Part shown: piece after piece, positions 1-13,247 of the stretch | How the letters are laid out: each line of letters begins with the position of its first letter | Numbering within the stretch: position 1 is the stretch's first letter | NCBI GenBank assembly: GCA_951406725.2 | Contig: OX597829.1 | Location: 36,890,001 to 36,954,000, forward strand | DNA length: 64,000 nt | Direction of reading: 5' to 3' | DNA from: Octopus vulgaris | Taxonomy: Eukaryota | Notes under the pieces: model-generated | What the model saw: the letters and a program-made list of their open reading frames with translations, nothing else | Databases searched by the model: none | Told to the model about the DNA's origin: nothing | Position numbers and translations under genes: made by a program

Positions 1-172
1 GGAAAAACCTCGTCGAAACAAAACTTCAGAAGAAAACCAAAATTTTTAGATAGGGACTGTCGGACTCTTAGTACAGCTCCCAAAATGACTACAGAGCTTA
101 ATGACCACCTTGAGAACCCAGATTCCACAAAAACTGTTTGCCGGGAGCTGCACAAAGCCAGATTTCATGGCC
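1..172 (+). mobile_element. Tc1-like transposase fragment (HTH region), degenerate
   Basis: Translates approximately as RKPKFLDRDCRTLSTAPKMTTELNDHLENPDSTKTVCRELHKARFHG, resembling the Tc1 DNA-binding region; truncated by the window edge and a SINE tail. Confidence 0.6.
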
Positions 173-849
173 AGTCACATGACTGAAACAAATAAAAGAT
201 AGTAGGACAATTTGAGGTGATTTCAAGGGAATTTGGCTACTTTTTCTAGAAAGTTGAACAGTGTAGAAGTTTGTGATAATGTTGATAGTTATGGTAGTGG
301 TGGTGTGTTGTTGTTGTTGTTGGTGTAGTGGTGGTGATGTCGTGGGATGATGATGATGATACTTGTGTAATCCAAAATTACCTTGATGCAGAAAATATAT
401 GACACCTATATAATCTGCTAATGAAATGACTGTGATCAGCTGATTTACTGTACCAGATATTATATAACCTCAGCAACTTCTTAATAGGACACTTCATAGT
501 GCCCAGCCCTACACAAACAGGCACCCTTGATACAACATCTATCTCTATATTACCAACACTACAATCATCATTGAGTCTAAGTCACAATACCACATTAACC
601 AGAACATCAGTTGTACATTATCCAACCACACATATTGTCATATTTGTAAACTTTGCAGTGTACTTTTATATCTTCCTTTTTATCTTACTCTTAGTCAAGT
701 AAAGTTGTTACTTAGCTACCCTTCTAGACAAATTTAAAAAATGAAAAGATTAGAAAATAGAGATTTGGTGCTTATCTTGACTTTTTTTGTTGTTGTTGTT
801 TTTTAATCATATATGAATGTCTGATTAGAATAGAGTGCCCAAATTTGTA

Positions 850-1790
850 ATACCCTCTACTACCCACTTTCAGGTTTTCCAAGCTTGTATCTAAGCTTAA
901 CTGCTCTATCAACCTTATTATTCCACCAGCATATCAATTTCAGTTTGACTGGGGCTTTTCTCCAGCCACATATTTGATCTGTAACCCTAAGTATGTTATT
1001 TTGTAGAAATTCCCAGTTGCTACAGGTATCTATATTTTCTTCTCTAGTCAAAGCTTATTTGTAATTGCTGGGTCTTTTAGTTTCTAAATGTTTGTTCTCC
1101 ATGTCATTTTTCATTTTTGCCTGCCTAGCTCTGATTCTGAATTCACTAACCACTAATCTATGCTGTTAAGTGTATCCTTTGCTAGGAAAAGTTTTGGTAT
1201 TTACAATAATCCTTCTATCCCATTTCCTGGTGTGAATAAAATCTATTTGACTTGGGTACTTGCCAGATTGGTAAGCGATGAGGTGGTTGGCTGGTTTTTT
1301 AAAGTGTGCATTGCAAATCGTTAGATTAGTTATATTACAGACTTTCATGAACTTTACACCCTCCATTCATGAATCATGCCATGTATGTCCACAGAGGTCA
1401 CTATTGTGTTTGTCAACAAGTCCACTGAAGTCACCAACCACAGTAGTGAAGTTGCTGTCAATTGTCATTGAGGTAGTCTGCTGAAGGGTCTCATCAAAAC
1501 AATCCTTCTACCTGTGAGGCATATGAGAGATAAATGCTGCTATTGAGCTGCTTGTAACTAGTTTCATCTTAATTATCCTATTGCACAACCTAACAACTTT
1601 AATTACCTTCTCCGTCTATTTCTCAGTTAACAGCATGCCTACTCCACACTTATTGTCACCTATAACAGCTTGAATTGCTGTCTCTAACCAGTGAGGAGTT
1701 TGGTTGAAGATCCTTTCCATCTCACCCCTTCTGCACATTCACTCATATCTTTTATCACATCTACATTGATGGTTGCAGCCCCAAAGATTT
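850..1790 (-). mobile_element. RTE-clade LINE fragment (APE endonuclease region), degenerate
   Basis: ORF pieces ICNAHFKKPANHLIAYQSGKYPSQIDFI and VTDQICGW..WWNNKVDRAVK; homologous to + strand copies at 45360 and 62005. Confidence 0.8.
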
Positions 1791-2097
1791 GAAACCTGCA
1801 GAAAGAGGGCAAAGGCTGTTTGAATGTTAGTTCATTACTGTTTGATGACATCTGAACTTTTGAGGGATACAAAAAGTTGTGCAACAGTTTGCCAGCAGTT
1901 GGTAGATTTACACATCTGACACCATTTATCTTCCCAATAATTTATTCATTCTTCAACACTCAATAAGCAGTAAGTATTCCTAATGCCATTAACATTATCA
2001 ATGTTATGCATCTTTTTATTAGTGTCATTGGCAGGATACTGATATAGAGGGGCACAGTGGGGATACCTTCATCTGGTCTATGAGGTATATGATCTCT

Positions 2098-2328
2098 TAC
2101 TTCTTTATTGCCCACATGGGGCTAAACACAGAGGGGACAAACAAGGACAAACAAACAGATTAAGTTGATTATATCGACCCCAGTGCATAACTGGTACTTA
2201 TTTAATCGACCCCGAAAGGATGAAAGGCAAAGTCGACCTCGACGGAATTTGAACTCAGAACGTAGCGGCAGACGAAATAACACTAAGCATATCGCCCAGC
2301 GTGCTAACGTTTCTACCATCTCGCCGCC
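2098..2328 (-). mobile_element. tRNA-derived SINE, family A (Meta-domain-like core GCCTTTCATCCTTTCGGGGTCGAT)
   Basis: Same sequence as copies at 13248, 23402, 34632 and 38440; 10-bp TSD TATGATCTCT at 2088-2097 and 2329-2338. Confidence 0.88.
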
Positions 2329-2762
2329 TATGATCTCTGTGGTATACAGTCACAGAGGTTGGGAGTTGAGACTTTTATTAATCAGGGCAAAGTAGAAAGG
2401 ACTCCCAGTATGGGTGATGGGATAGGATTGGGTGGGTGCATTGCAAGCAAGCACCAAACCTCCATGAGAGAGAAGAAATATTAATATTAAAGAGAACAGC
2501 AAACAAGCCCTAAACTTCTATGAGAGAGAAGAAATACTAGTTCCAAATTTTGGCACACAGCCAGCAATTTTGAAGTGGGGGTCAGTCAATTACATCGATC
2601 CCAGTGTTTAACTGGTACTTATTTTATCAATTCTGAAAGGATGAAAGATAAAGTCAACCTCAGCAGAATTTGAGCTCAGAACATAAAGATGAATGAAATG
2701 TCACTAAGCATTTTGTCCGGCATACTAACAATTCTGTCACATTGCAAACTTCAAGAGAAGAA

Positions 2763-3075
2763 ATCATCATTATAATCATCATCATCATTTAACGTCCGTT
2801 TTCCATGCTAGCATGGGTTGGACGGATCGACTGGGGTCTGGTAAGCCATGGAGGCTGCACCGGGCTCTAGTCTGATCTGGCAGTGTTTCTACAGCTTGAT
2901 GCCCTTCCTAACACCAACCACTCCGTGAGTGTAGTGGGTGTTTTTTTTTTACTTGCCACCGGCACAGGAGCCAGAGCAGGCTGGCAAACGGCCACGATCG
3001 GTTGGTGCTTTTACATGTCACCGATACAGATGCCAGTCAGGCAACGCTAGTATCTGCCACATTCAGACGGTGCTA
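2763..3075 (-). mobile_element. SINE-like retroposon, family B, (ATG)n tail
   Basis: Motifs GGATGCCCTTCCTAACRCCAACCACTC and CCATGCTAGCATGGG with a (CAT)n end; many copies in the window. Confidence 0.8.
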
Positions 3076-3769
3076 ATATTAATATCAAAGAGAACAGGAT
3101 CATATTAAAGTTAAAGAGAAAGCAGCAGTAACACATTAGAATGCAAAGTAGTGAATGAACATGATAAAAATGAAAAGATTAGAAAATAAGAGATTTGGTG
3201 CTTATCTTGACTTTTTTGTTGTTTTTTTTTCTTTTAAATCATATATGAATGTCTGATTAGAATAGAGTGCCCAAATTGATAAACTTCATAGGACTTGTAG
3301 CATATAAAAGGAAAAAATTAGATATTTTTCTAAAGTAAAAGTAAATGGTTACCAAAATGCTGTGACCTTTTTCTCTATCTAAATTTATTAGTAAAATTAT
3401 TATATTGTTGTATATATTCTGATTGTTTACTTTTCGAATCAAGGTCAACTAAATTTTCCTCCCACTACATTTGTAGATGTGTTCTTATGATTATTGACCC
3501 TTTTGATACCAACCTACCTAAAAACTATCCTTGATTCTATGATATAAACTTTTTTTAAAACTAACCTAAATTAAATCTTCCATCAAAATTTCATGTTAAT
3601 TCATTCTCTAAACACCAGCTTAACAATGTCAGAAGTTATTTTGCTAAATTTTTCATTATTTTCAAAATTAAATGGAAAAAAAAAGGTCAGTAATTCTATT
3701 TCATATAAGGAATAGATTAGTGCTCATGGTTTATCTAATTTTATGGATGTTTATTTTGATGAAATATGC

Positions 3770-3997
3770 TTAAGCCTTTTGTTACCAATCCGGCTGAATC
3801 CAGCTCTGGCTCTGAATACAAATGTCTTGTTTTCATAAGTTTTGTATTAAAATCTTCCACCAAACCTTAGTCACAATTTATGTTCCTAACACTAGCTTAA
3901 TTATGACTAAGTTACTTTACTAAATTCTTTGTTATATTTAAAGCAATTGAAAGAAACACAGAACATCTCAAAATAAATACAGTAACGAAAGGGTTAA
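3770..3997. mobile_element. piggyBac-type MITE (TTAA target)
   Basis: Ends TTAAGCCTTTTGTTAC ... GTAACGAAAGGGTTAA; same family at 7861 and 20104. Confidence 0.75.
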
Positions 3998-4313
3998 GGC
4001 AACAAAATGAATCAATTCTATCAAGTTGTACACAGGTTGCTAATTAAGAGAAATCACTGAAGAGTTACAAAAAGCCAAAATGTTTATATATAAATGGCTG
4101 TTGTGTGTTACTAATCAACTGGATGGTCTTTTTTTTGTGAAACGGTTAGAATTTTGCTGTTGAACAGTAACTATGACATTTCTTTTATCTGAGAATGGTA
4201 ATGCAACTCAGAAAGAACTAAATCTTTTAACGTCTGTTCTCAAGTTACACTATAATCGAAAAAAATAAGACAAACAATTTTCAGATAAATTTACTGAGAT
4301 AAGCAAATGTGAC

Positions 4314-4721
4314 GGACCTTTTCGGTTTGAACGGCAGTTTTTAAAAATATTTCCACGTAACTAAACACTGGTAGAATGTGTTTATAAAACATTGTTTTCT
4401 CTTGGCTTTATTGAGAAAATTCTATAGTTTGTAAGATATTTGTTGTTTTTTTCCTTCAATTTATGCAATTTCAACCAATCACTGACGTCTATTGAGGTAA
4501 AAAAAAACCATTCTGTGCCGTATGAATATGTCCCTCGTTTAAGAAACAGATTGGGTTTATTTACCTTTCTGAAGGAAAAAAAGATACCCTTCCCCCCACC
4601 CTACCCCTAACTAACCCTAACACAGATTGAAATGCAATAGATCGATACTAGGGTCATAATTATGGGTGACAATTTCATATGACACTGCTAGAAAAAACTG
4701 CCGTTCAAACCAAAAAGATCC
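4314..4721. mobile_element. TIR MITE carrying internal telomere-like (CCCTAA) repeats
   Basis: TIRs GGACCTTTTCGGTTTGAACGGCAGTTT / AAACTGCCGTTCAAACCAAAAAGATCC; CCCTAA units near 4605-4621; same family at 33463-34266. Confidence 0.8.
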
Positions 4722-5378
4722 AATCTGACTTCATTATATACACAATAAATATTTGCAGTAGAAACTGAAGTTAGTTCTATAATAGTTGCTTGTTGCTAGT
4801 CAACAATGAATAGCTGCACCAGCTAATCTTCAATTTCAAATGTTTTTATAGAGATTTTGAATAATTCACAGCTGTATCTTAATTCATAACACTGTTAGCT
4901 AATCCACAACACTTTCATGTAACTCATAGTTTCTTAAATTAATACATGGCTACGACTAACTTATGCTGATATTAAATAATCCACAAGAAGTCTATGCACC
5001 ACATGGGCAATATTGGTCCTGTTTAATAGATAATTACACTAGCTAAGGTATAGTTATACAAATTACTCTTAAGCAACTAATCTACATCTGTTGTGAAGAC
5101 AAGAAGAATTTTATACACAACCCGTGCTAGCGCGGAAAACGGACGTTAAACGATGATGATGATGATGATAATGATGATGATGATTATGACCTCAGCAGAC
5201 ACTTGTGATGTCATGATGTCACTTTAAAGATCATTTTAGAAAAAATTTCGTCTACCAAAGATGGCAGAAAATAATCTTGTTGAAAGAGACAAGAAATCTT
5301 CACCATCTCTCTTGCAAGAAGTATATTATGATATCATATTAATTGCTTTTGACTTTCATTCATTTGTGTTACTTTCAG

Positions 5379-5707
5379 CTTTAAACTACTGGAATATTTT
5401 AAGGGAGTTTGGTTGTGATACTGGATATAACAAACAAGATGTGCCTATAATACCTGACACCAATTTATATTTGCCTTTTAAATTCAAACCACATATCACA
5501 TGTTCAACCATAACTGTATTACAAAGATATGTTGACAGTTTAAAGGTGTACATTTTCATAGCATTTATTATAACAACTATCATCACCTTTATTCCATATT
5601 TTATTCCAAAGGAATATAGATTTCGAAAAGCAATTGCTCTCACAGTTATTAAATATTCACTTTATGTAGCACTTATAATTCTGCTATGTTGGTCACATTG
5701 GAGTTAA
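5379..5707 (+). CDS. Probable terminal exon of an unidentified membrane protein (about 109 aa, two C-terminal hydrophobic helices)
   Basis: Polypyrimidine acceptor ttactttcag, then open frame LNYWNILREFGCDTGY...LYLPFKFKP...LIILLCWSHWS*; non-repetitive; AATAAA at about 5712; upstream exons not identified. Confidence 0.5.
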
Positions 5708-6834
5708 GGAAAATAAAAATTCAGTGCAAATTAATAATTCTTTAGAAATGTTATTAGATAATATCTAAAAGAATGCAAAGAAAAAACAGAAATTAGCTCT
5801 GGATTTAACTGTACAAGACTTCTTGAAATGAATTATTAAGTATCTTCTTTATATGCTTCATTAAGAATAATTAAAAGAATAGTAAATACTCAAATGTTGT
5901 TAACTGTTTTCAATTGAGGAAACATTTATCAGTCTAAAAACATTGTTTTACGCATCACTTAAAATCATCCATTCAAAATAATAGCATTATATCATACTAG
6001 ACAGTGTAGACTAATAATTGCTTTCTTTTAGTAACAGTTGTATGCTCCTAATTAATTACTAAGCAGCTTTCTTCATTATAGTAGAGATATCAACTAACCA
6101 GCAATAACATCAATTGTGTGTGTGAGTATGTGATATAAATGAACTGTGGCAGAGGTCCAAATCTAGACAAGTGTGACTGCATTACTCAGACTATCCTGAC
6201 CAAGATGAAGTCGCTTTGCTCAGCTTCTTAGCAACTCTTCTTATAGAATGTCACTGAAACAGCTTTTGCCAATTCCTTCCCTTTCAATACCATACAGACA
6301 GTATCATTTACAAGCCTCTAACCTAAATAGAAAGAGCTACAAATGGTATGATACTACAATGTTAGTGCCCTTCTGAGCAGTCGTTAGATGTGGTTCTACA
6401 GCTGTAATGAAAGCAATCTATCTAGGACACAACTCTCTGGCAACTGTTCAAAATAGAACTCTGAATAAAATTCTACACAGGGAAACACAAACTTGGCAGG
6501 TTGTAGAGAAGACAAACCTCACGGGAAGAGAATTACATATGAATAAAATTCTACATGAAAACATGTGGACTCAGTAAGCTGAAATGAAAGCAAACTATAC
6601 AGGAAGGCAATAACTCTAAATAACAACTAAGTGTAGATGGGATGTTTTTATTTTGGTTAGAAAGCCTCTCTTATGAGGATGGCATGATAAAATGCACTCA
6701 TCCATGCGAAAGTGGTTTGTGAGAAGAAGGGCACCTAGCTTTAAAAAAAAGGAAAAATGTGTAGAAACAACAATCAAATATAGTTGAAAGCTCTATTTGC
6801 ATATACAGAGTTACACCTTGTTAAGGCTGCAAGA

Positions 6835-7150
6835 GTAAATAGGGTAGACAAATTGTTGGCAGAAAATTAAGTATTCAGAGAAAGTGACAGACTAATTAAG
6901 TATAGATTAGTTGTCATAAGCAAAGCAACAGCAACAGTGATCTCTGCGTACACACCACAACCAAGACTAACAGATGAACAACAGAACCAATTATTTAAGA
7001 CCTTTTTTAAATTATCTAAATAACGGATGGCAGTTACCCCTTTATCATGGCTCATGACTTCAATGAACAAACAAAACATCATGAAAGCTAAACTGATATA
7101 CATGGAAGCTACAGTTATGACATGGAATGAAGAGAAATGAAGGCCCTAGA
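6835..7150 (+). mobile_element. RTE LINE endonuclease fragment
   Basis: Degenerate match to the WVDK..V.DR.IK.RLV...ATVISAY.PQ segment of the RTE copy at 62005. Confidence 0.6.
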
Positions 7151-7860
7151 ACAGGGTTTCTCAACCACTTTTTACCTGTGGATCCCTTTGATTCCTATTT
7201 TATAACAACTAAATTCTATGGAAAATGAATGTTTACAAATAAAATAAGTCATAAATAAACAAGGACATATTTATTAAAAGAAGACAGTACTTTAGTGCTA
7301 CTTTATTTAATGCGAGCCTTGTGGTTGATACTGCTCTTCTAGTTTTGCAATATTTGGCTCCACCAATGTCAATGATAATCAAAGATCACCTCTTTCTACA
7401 ATGTCAAGTCGAAAGTAAGTTAGTGACACAGCTGAAACCAGATTCAACAAGGTAAGATGAAAGAAAAGCAGTAAAGGACAACTGCGCTTTCTCCCAGGGT
7501 AATAGATACTTTGTAGTAGTGTCATTATTTTTCCATATGTTATGATCCTCATCTTTAAATCTTGCCTGAGATATTTCATCATTCTGCAATTCAATGAGCT
7601 TCTCCTGCAAACATATCTATATCAGCAACATTAACTTCAAAAGGAAGTATCACCCAACGTGGTTTATTTAACTTCAGTAGGTCACTAAACTGAGCTTGCA
7701 TATCAACAACATGCAGATTACTGTTAATTGATTCCAAACTAAGAAACTAATAATACAAAATTTACAATATTCATTTTCTAAAGAAGTACTTTCCCTAGAA
7801 AAAGCATTAATAGCTCCTTTGGAGGATATGAGATCTGAGCTTTCTCCTTGAAGCTGTTTA

Positions 7861-8057
7861 TTAACCCTTTCGTTACCAACTCGGCTGAAACTGGCTCTGG
7901 CTCTGAGTACAAATGTCTTGTTTTTATAAGTCACAATTTATGTTCATAACACTAGCTTAATGATAAGTAAGTTATTTTACTAAAGTCTTTGTTATATTTA
8001 AAGTAATTGAAAGAAACACAATGCATCCCAAAATAAATACAGTAACGAAAGGGTTAA
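7861..8057. mobile_element. piggyBac-type MITE inserted in the hAT relic
   Basis: TTAACCCTTTCGTTAC ... GTAACGAAAGGGTTAA; TTAA at both ends. Confidence 0.85.
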
Positions 8058-8299
8058 ACAAATTAATTTTATCAAATATATCTGATAAATAAAATATATC
8101 ACATTTAGCTGCAACCATCTGTTGGCCAAGATTGTTGTGAGCTAGAAATGAAACAATAATGTCCCAAAATGCAACAAAACTCTGTAAACAATTACCTTTT
8201 GATAACCATCTCACCTCTGTGTGAGTTACAGGGCAAACTCTTCATTTTGATAACAGAATTCATGAAATATGTCTTGTAAAGAATTTCATTTAATATATT

Positions 8300-8590
8300 T
8301 AAGTGCTTGAGAAGACTCATCAAGCCAAGTGAAATCATAGTTGTAGCCAGTACTGGTAACACATAACAGCTTCTGTGCGGGTGATACATAAAAGTACTCA
8401 TGCTAGTTACACGTAAAAAGCACACATTACACTCTTGGAGTAGTTGGCATTAGGAAGGACATCCAGCCATAAAAACCAAACCAAATTCAGACTGGAACTT
8501 GGTGTAGTTCTCTGGCTTAACAGTTCTAGTCAAGCCGTCCAACCCATGCCGGCACAGAAATCAGATGTTAAATGATGATGATAATGATGA
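8300..8590 (+). mobile_element. SINE-like family B, degenerate
   Basis: GTTGGCATTAGGAAGGACATCCAGCC, CCAACCCATGCC and an (ATG)n tail. Confidence 0.7.
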
Positions 8591-10638
8591 ACTTTTATTA
8601 CAATACTAAGAGTATCTTGAAGACATCCACTTAATTGTTTTGCAACTAAGCATTGCCAGGGTATTACATAGCACATGTAAAATCCTTCAGGCACAGCATT
8701 TTTCAAATATGCAATAAAACCCTTTATTCTGCTAATCATGGATGGAACACTGTCATTAGCACAATAAAATTTCTAAGGGAAATATTTTTCTTGAAATAGG
8801 TTATGAATTGTTTGAAAATTGTTTTGCCTTTAGTGTCTATTTTAAGATGCCTGGCAAAATTCATAACGTTTTTATTCTTCACAATTCTCAGAAAATTTTT
8901 GTGAATTTGTCTTCTATACACAGGTGTTCATAAGATTATGCAAAAGAAAACAAAATTTTTTGTGTGATTTAAGGGCAACTTAGCAGTTGTTCTTAGCACA
9001 TCCCACAACCATCTTCCTTGTTTCTTTGTCACTCTGATATGTATTGATGTTTTTAAATATTTTTCTCCCTATAAACACATACAATGGAATGATGATGCAC
9101 CCAAGAGTGGTCCATTAAGCAAAAAATTCAGACTGTCCATAATTTAAACTCTATTTAAAAAAATATTTGGAAAAAGTGAAAATTTTAGGATTTGCTTTTT
9201 TAAAAAAAATTTAGTTTTTCCATAATCATATGAATTCCCATCTGTAGAACACAAATTCACAAAAATTTTCTGAAATATCCAAAAAAATAGAAACAGAGGT
9301 GACTCCAGGTCATCAGTGTCAATTGGGCTCATCACAGATTTTGTCACTCAGGCTCATCACAGATTTCACAAAATAAATGCCTGCTCAAAGAATTTCACAT
9401 TTTTCTGCACCAAATGGTTTATTTTTTTATACCTAACATTATGTCTTTCTCCATTTCTAAGTTAAGGGTAAAAATAAAGCAACCCTGCAAAACACAACTG
9501 ATCTTTACTCACAGACGCACAGAATAACAACAATCAAATAACGACAAGGGAGTGCACAACAAACATCAGCGATCTGACCGTCGCCTGTACTCTTGACAAG
9601 AGACACCAGTTAGTCTTTTACACCTGCTAGGCTCGTTCTTATTAGCCCGATTTGCTGGATAATTTTTCGTTCCTTAAAAAATATCGTAGAACAGAAACTT
9701 TTCATAGATTGGAATTTAAGTCCTAATCTGTATAGAAATTTATTATTTCAAGAAAACACTGAATTTGGATTGCTTAAATTTTTTACGATTATAGATTACA
9801 ACTTGTGCTGAAACTCTGAGCTAGAATCAGGTGTCAAAGAGAATGTCTGTTACGAATGATATTTTTTGACACAATGCACCTCTATGATGACCACCAGATG
9901 CTGAACAAAGATAAATGGACTGCGACCAGGCTCAATGAAAGGAGCCCGAGTTATTGGCTGCAATTACATACTTGAAGTCAGTGTTGGCAGAAATTAAATC
10001 AGCTTGCAAGTTTATAAACCCTCAGCCAATAATTATCTGACACTTGAAGTTTTCTTCATAATAGATACCTAAATAGTTTGCCTACATTTGAATATAATTC
10101 CTTAATTTTAAAAGGTAAACAAATAGACATGAACAAAAAGGGTGCTGATCATGAGACCAAATGCAAGTAGACAAATGTGATTAAGCTTCACTGACGAAAT
10201 AGCCAAAACTTTGAATTTTGAAACATCTTTTGGGAAAATAATGTGAAAAATGACCTTAAAAGACATTTACTTATGGCTTTGAAATGGAATTTAAAATAAC
10301 ATGTCTACTTTTACTATGCTATGTCAATGAAATGGGATATGGTGTGCAATTTCAAGTACAAAATAAAAATACAAAAATACAATACTGAAGACAGCATAAA
10401 TAAAATGTTTATTTATGGAGTACTTCCATTCTTGAAATTCTCTCATTATTTAAAAATTTTCTTTTTGATACAAATCAAAATCAAATGATAGAAAAACTGA
10501 ATTATATGTTAATAGTATGAAAGGAAATAAGTAAGTGCACAAGTTTATAAAAATTCATCTTGTAAATCATTTGGTATTCTTTTACTTGTTTCAGTCATTA
10601 GATTATGGCTACGAATCAACCCCAGTACTTATTTTTCA

Positions 10639-11069
10639 CAAGCATTGAAGTGCGAAGCACTCCTCATGACCATAGGTCCATGAGATGGTCGTGACCTGTA
10701 AACAGTTTTGAGCAGGAACCAGAAAAAGAAGTATGAACACGCAATGCGTATGTGCACACAGGATTCATAAAATTGAAGAGAAGAATGAAAACGCAATGCA
10801 CATCTCGCATCTTGTTTTATTTCTCTGTTTTAATTAGGTGGATAACACCATGTTTCTACATCTGTCATCTTGATTTTTTTCCGTATTAATGGAGAAAAAT
10901 ATCAGTGGAGAAGAATAGGAAAAAAATGAAAGAATTGTTTATATTGACAAAGGAAATCCCCATTTCTATGCAACTACACTGCTAGCTACTGGAAATGTCA
11001 GAGTGAAGTTAGAAAATAGTCTGAAAATTAAAGGCTACATAAGATGACAATACTATTCTTATATATAGA
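10639..11069 (-). mobile_element. Non-autonomous Helitron-like element
   Basis: Minus-strand 5' TCTATATATAAG; 3' hairpin GAGTGC-TTC-GCACTT followed by CTTG|T (non-canonical end). Confidence 0.55.
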
Positions 11070-11829
11070 AACAATGGCAATTATTAAAGATTCACGATAA
11101 AAAAGACTTGACTGTCCTATGAACTTCTGAAGCAACCTAATGTATATCAATTAGAAAGTTCTATAAAATAATACATTTGTTTGTTTATATTTCATAATTT
11201 TTACACCTTTGTAAACACATATATGTTCTTATTACTGACCTGACACTTACTAACTACTGTTCCCATAGTTTTTGACTTTTTAAGTGAACCATTTCAGTTT
11301 CTCGTAATTCTCTGAAAATAGTAGATGAATTTTCACAGAATCCCAGATGCAGAATCTGTGTGTTTTTGTAGGGGACTTGAGGTGCAGTAATTTTAACAAT
11401 TACAAACAGCAAGAGAATATTTATATATTTATATTGTCAAGTAGGGTGTCATGTAATATTCTCAATTTTTTGCCTGTCCATTAACAATTATTCATCAAGA
11501 TTGCAGCAGGTATTAATGATATTCTAACTTTAAATTCATCTGGTGGTGATCATTTCTCATCCCTCATAACTGTGTATATTTTTCATAAATCGAAAAATTT
11601 CAATTCAACTATTAAATCTACCAACCTGTCAGCAGTTGTTGGATTTATAATTGTTCCCACTGCCAACTTATGTCACATTAATGATACTTTTATCAAATCT
11701 GGTGTTCTTAAAACAGCTGAACAGTAAAGATTAAAAAGTTATTGCTCTGGCAACAATCTCACTCATATGGTACTCTTAGCGCTCCACTAGCAACAGATGC
11801 CAGTCACCGAGATTGATTTGTGATGACTT

Positions 11830-12476
11830 TCAAAAAAAGGTCCGGATCAACTTACAACTGTTCTTTCAGTTCATAATACAGTTGGACTACTTTTGATCTT
11901 TTGTAAGCAAGTAAGGCACAAATTTGGCTGCAACTCTTTTCATTTGCAATTCCTCACCTGAAATGAGGCAGGAGTTTTAGGACACACCATTCATATCAAC
12001 AAGTTTGTTAATTGTTTGGTGATGGTCCTCCAAGATAAGTTCTTAAATTTTTATGATGTTTTTGTTCATTGGGGGTGGAGTGGGTGTCAACACTCATCCT
12101 GAACAAGGTCAGTCTTCAAGTGACAAGTAACCATTTCTAAAGTGTGGAAACCACTCATAAACATGTGTTTTGTTCATAGCGGTGTCCTTGTAAGCTGTTT
12201 GAGTATGACAACTGTTTTGGCTACCATTTTCCCCAGCAGAAAACAGAATTTCATGGAAACACATTGTTCATTTGTTTCAGCCATCGCAAAAATCAATGAA
12301 CATGGGAGAAGCACTGCGAAAAGATGCACCAAGTGCAGTAAGACTTCACCTGATGCTGCCAGCTGGCAGACTGATGCCTGAGGGTCGCATCAAGTGGCTT
12401 CTATCAGCAGAAGCCTGAAATACAATTGGTTTGTCCCACAGAAAACTTTTCCAGTTGCTTTTGGATACCCTCTTGT
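11830..12476 (-). mobile_element. mariner transposon 5' fragment
   Basis: Minus strand reads approximately MKFCFLLGK...TAYKDTAMNKTHVYEWFPHFRNG (mariner HTH, frameshifted); terminus TACAAGAGGGTATCCAAAAAG at about 12476. Confidence 0.75.
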
Positions 12477-13051
12477 ATATTGTATTCCTACAACTATTTT
12501 GTAAGTAAACAAACCACTTTATCTCATATGCTATATTATTTTCACAGAACATAATAAAAAAGTAAATGTTACAATGTTAATCACATAAACTTTGCTTTAA
12601 AATGTTTTTAAAACCACATTCCTCTTATTTTCCCTAGAATAATTATTCTGATAGGGCTTAAAATAAATGGATATATGTTTCTCAGATAAACTCCATTTTA
12701 AAACAGTAGTTTTTTTTTTTACCAAAATAGTTATTCTGCTGTAGCTTCAAAAAACAAACAAAATAAAGATAAACTGATATATTACAATGTTTCTTCAAAA
12801 AAACTTCCTTTTAAAACTGTAAATAGATATTTTACAAAGAAATATTTCAAAATTTCATGTTCAGAATATTCAGTCTTTCAAATTTTCAATATTCTGATTT
12901 TCAGGTCATTTGATTTTGCTTTTTCACATATCGCCATATGACCCAAACTTGAATTAAAGTTATATATTACTTTTATAAAATATTAAAAACAAAAAGAGCA
13001 AATAAATAACATTGCAAAATGGAAAAAGAATAGAAATAAAAATTACTTTAC

Positions 13052-13159
13052 CTTCTGCCGGATGAGAATTGTACCTTTTCTATATATTTCAGGAAGGTTG
13101 TTGTAATTTATATTAAACTCTGTGAATAACATCTCATTCTTGTCACTTGAAAGAGTTCC
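13052..13159 (-). CDS. THG1L: THG1L coding exon 5 ([36 protein letters not shown])
   Basis: ttccag acceptor, GTAAAG donor, 108 bp, phase 0/0; Thg1 motifs KNE.LF, INYN and KGT. Confidence 0.95.
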
Positions 13160-13247
13160 CTGGAACATATAATGAAAATAATTGATTTAATAACTCTAAC
13201 TTTAAAGTTGGAGAAGAGGCATTACCTAATGGTTAATAAGTTAACTT

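Larger units (their letters stand above)
7152..8930 (-). mobile_element. hAT (Buster/Charlie, ZBED5/SCAND3-like) transposon relic with nested MITE and SINE
   Basis: Terminus CAGGGTTTCTCAACC at about 7152; fragments MRWLSKGNCLQSF, SSYLVESGFSCVTNLL, RLDIVERGDL and KGFIAYLKNAVPE; many stops and frameshifts. Confidence 0.85.

Noticed and set aside
5261-5378. 5' part of the 148-aa ORF 5261-5707 as a single-exon gene
   Set aside because: It reads through a polypyrimidine tract and AG at 5377-5378, so it is more plausibly intron sequence open by chance
10033-10068. Possible THG1L last exon (tttag|VSIMKKTSSVR*)
   Set aside because: Lacks the conserved Thg1 C-terminal motif; such short frames arise by chance
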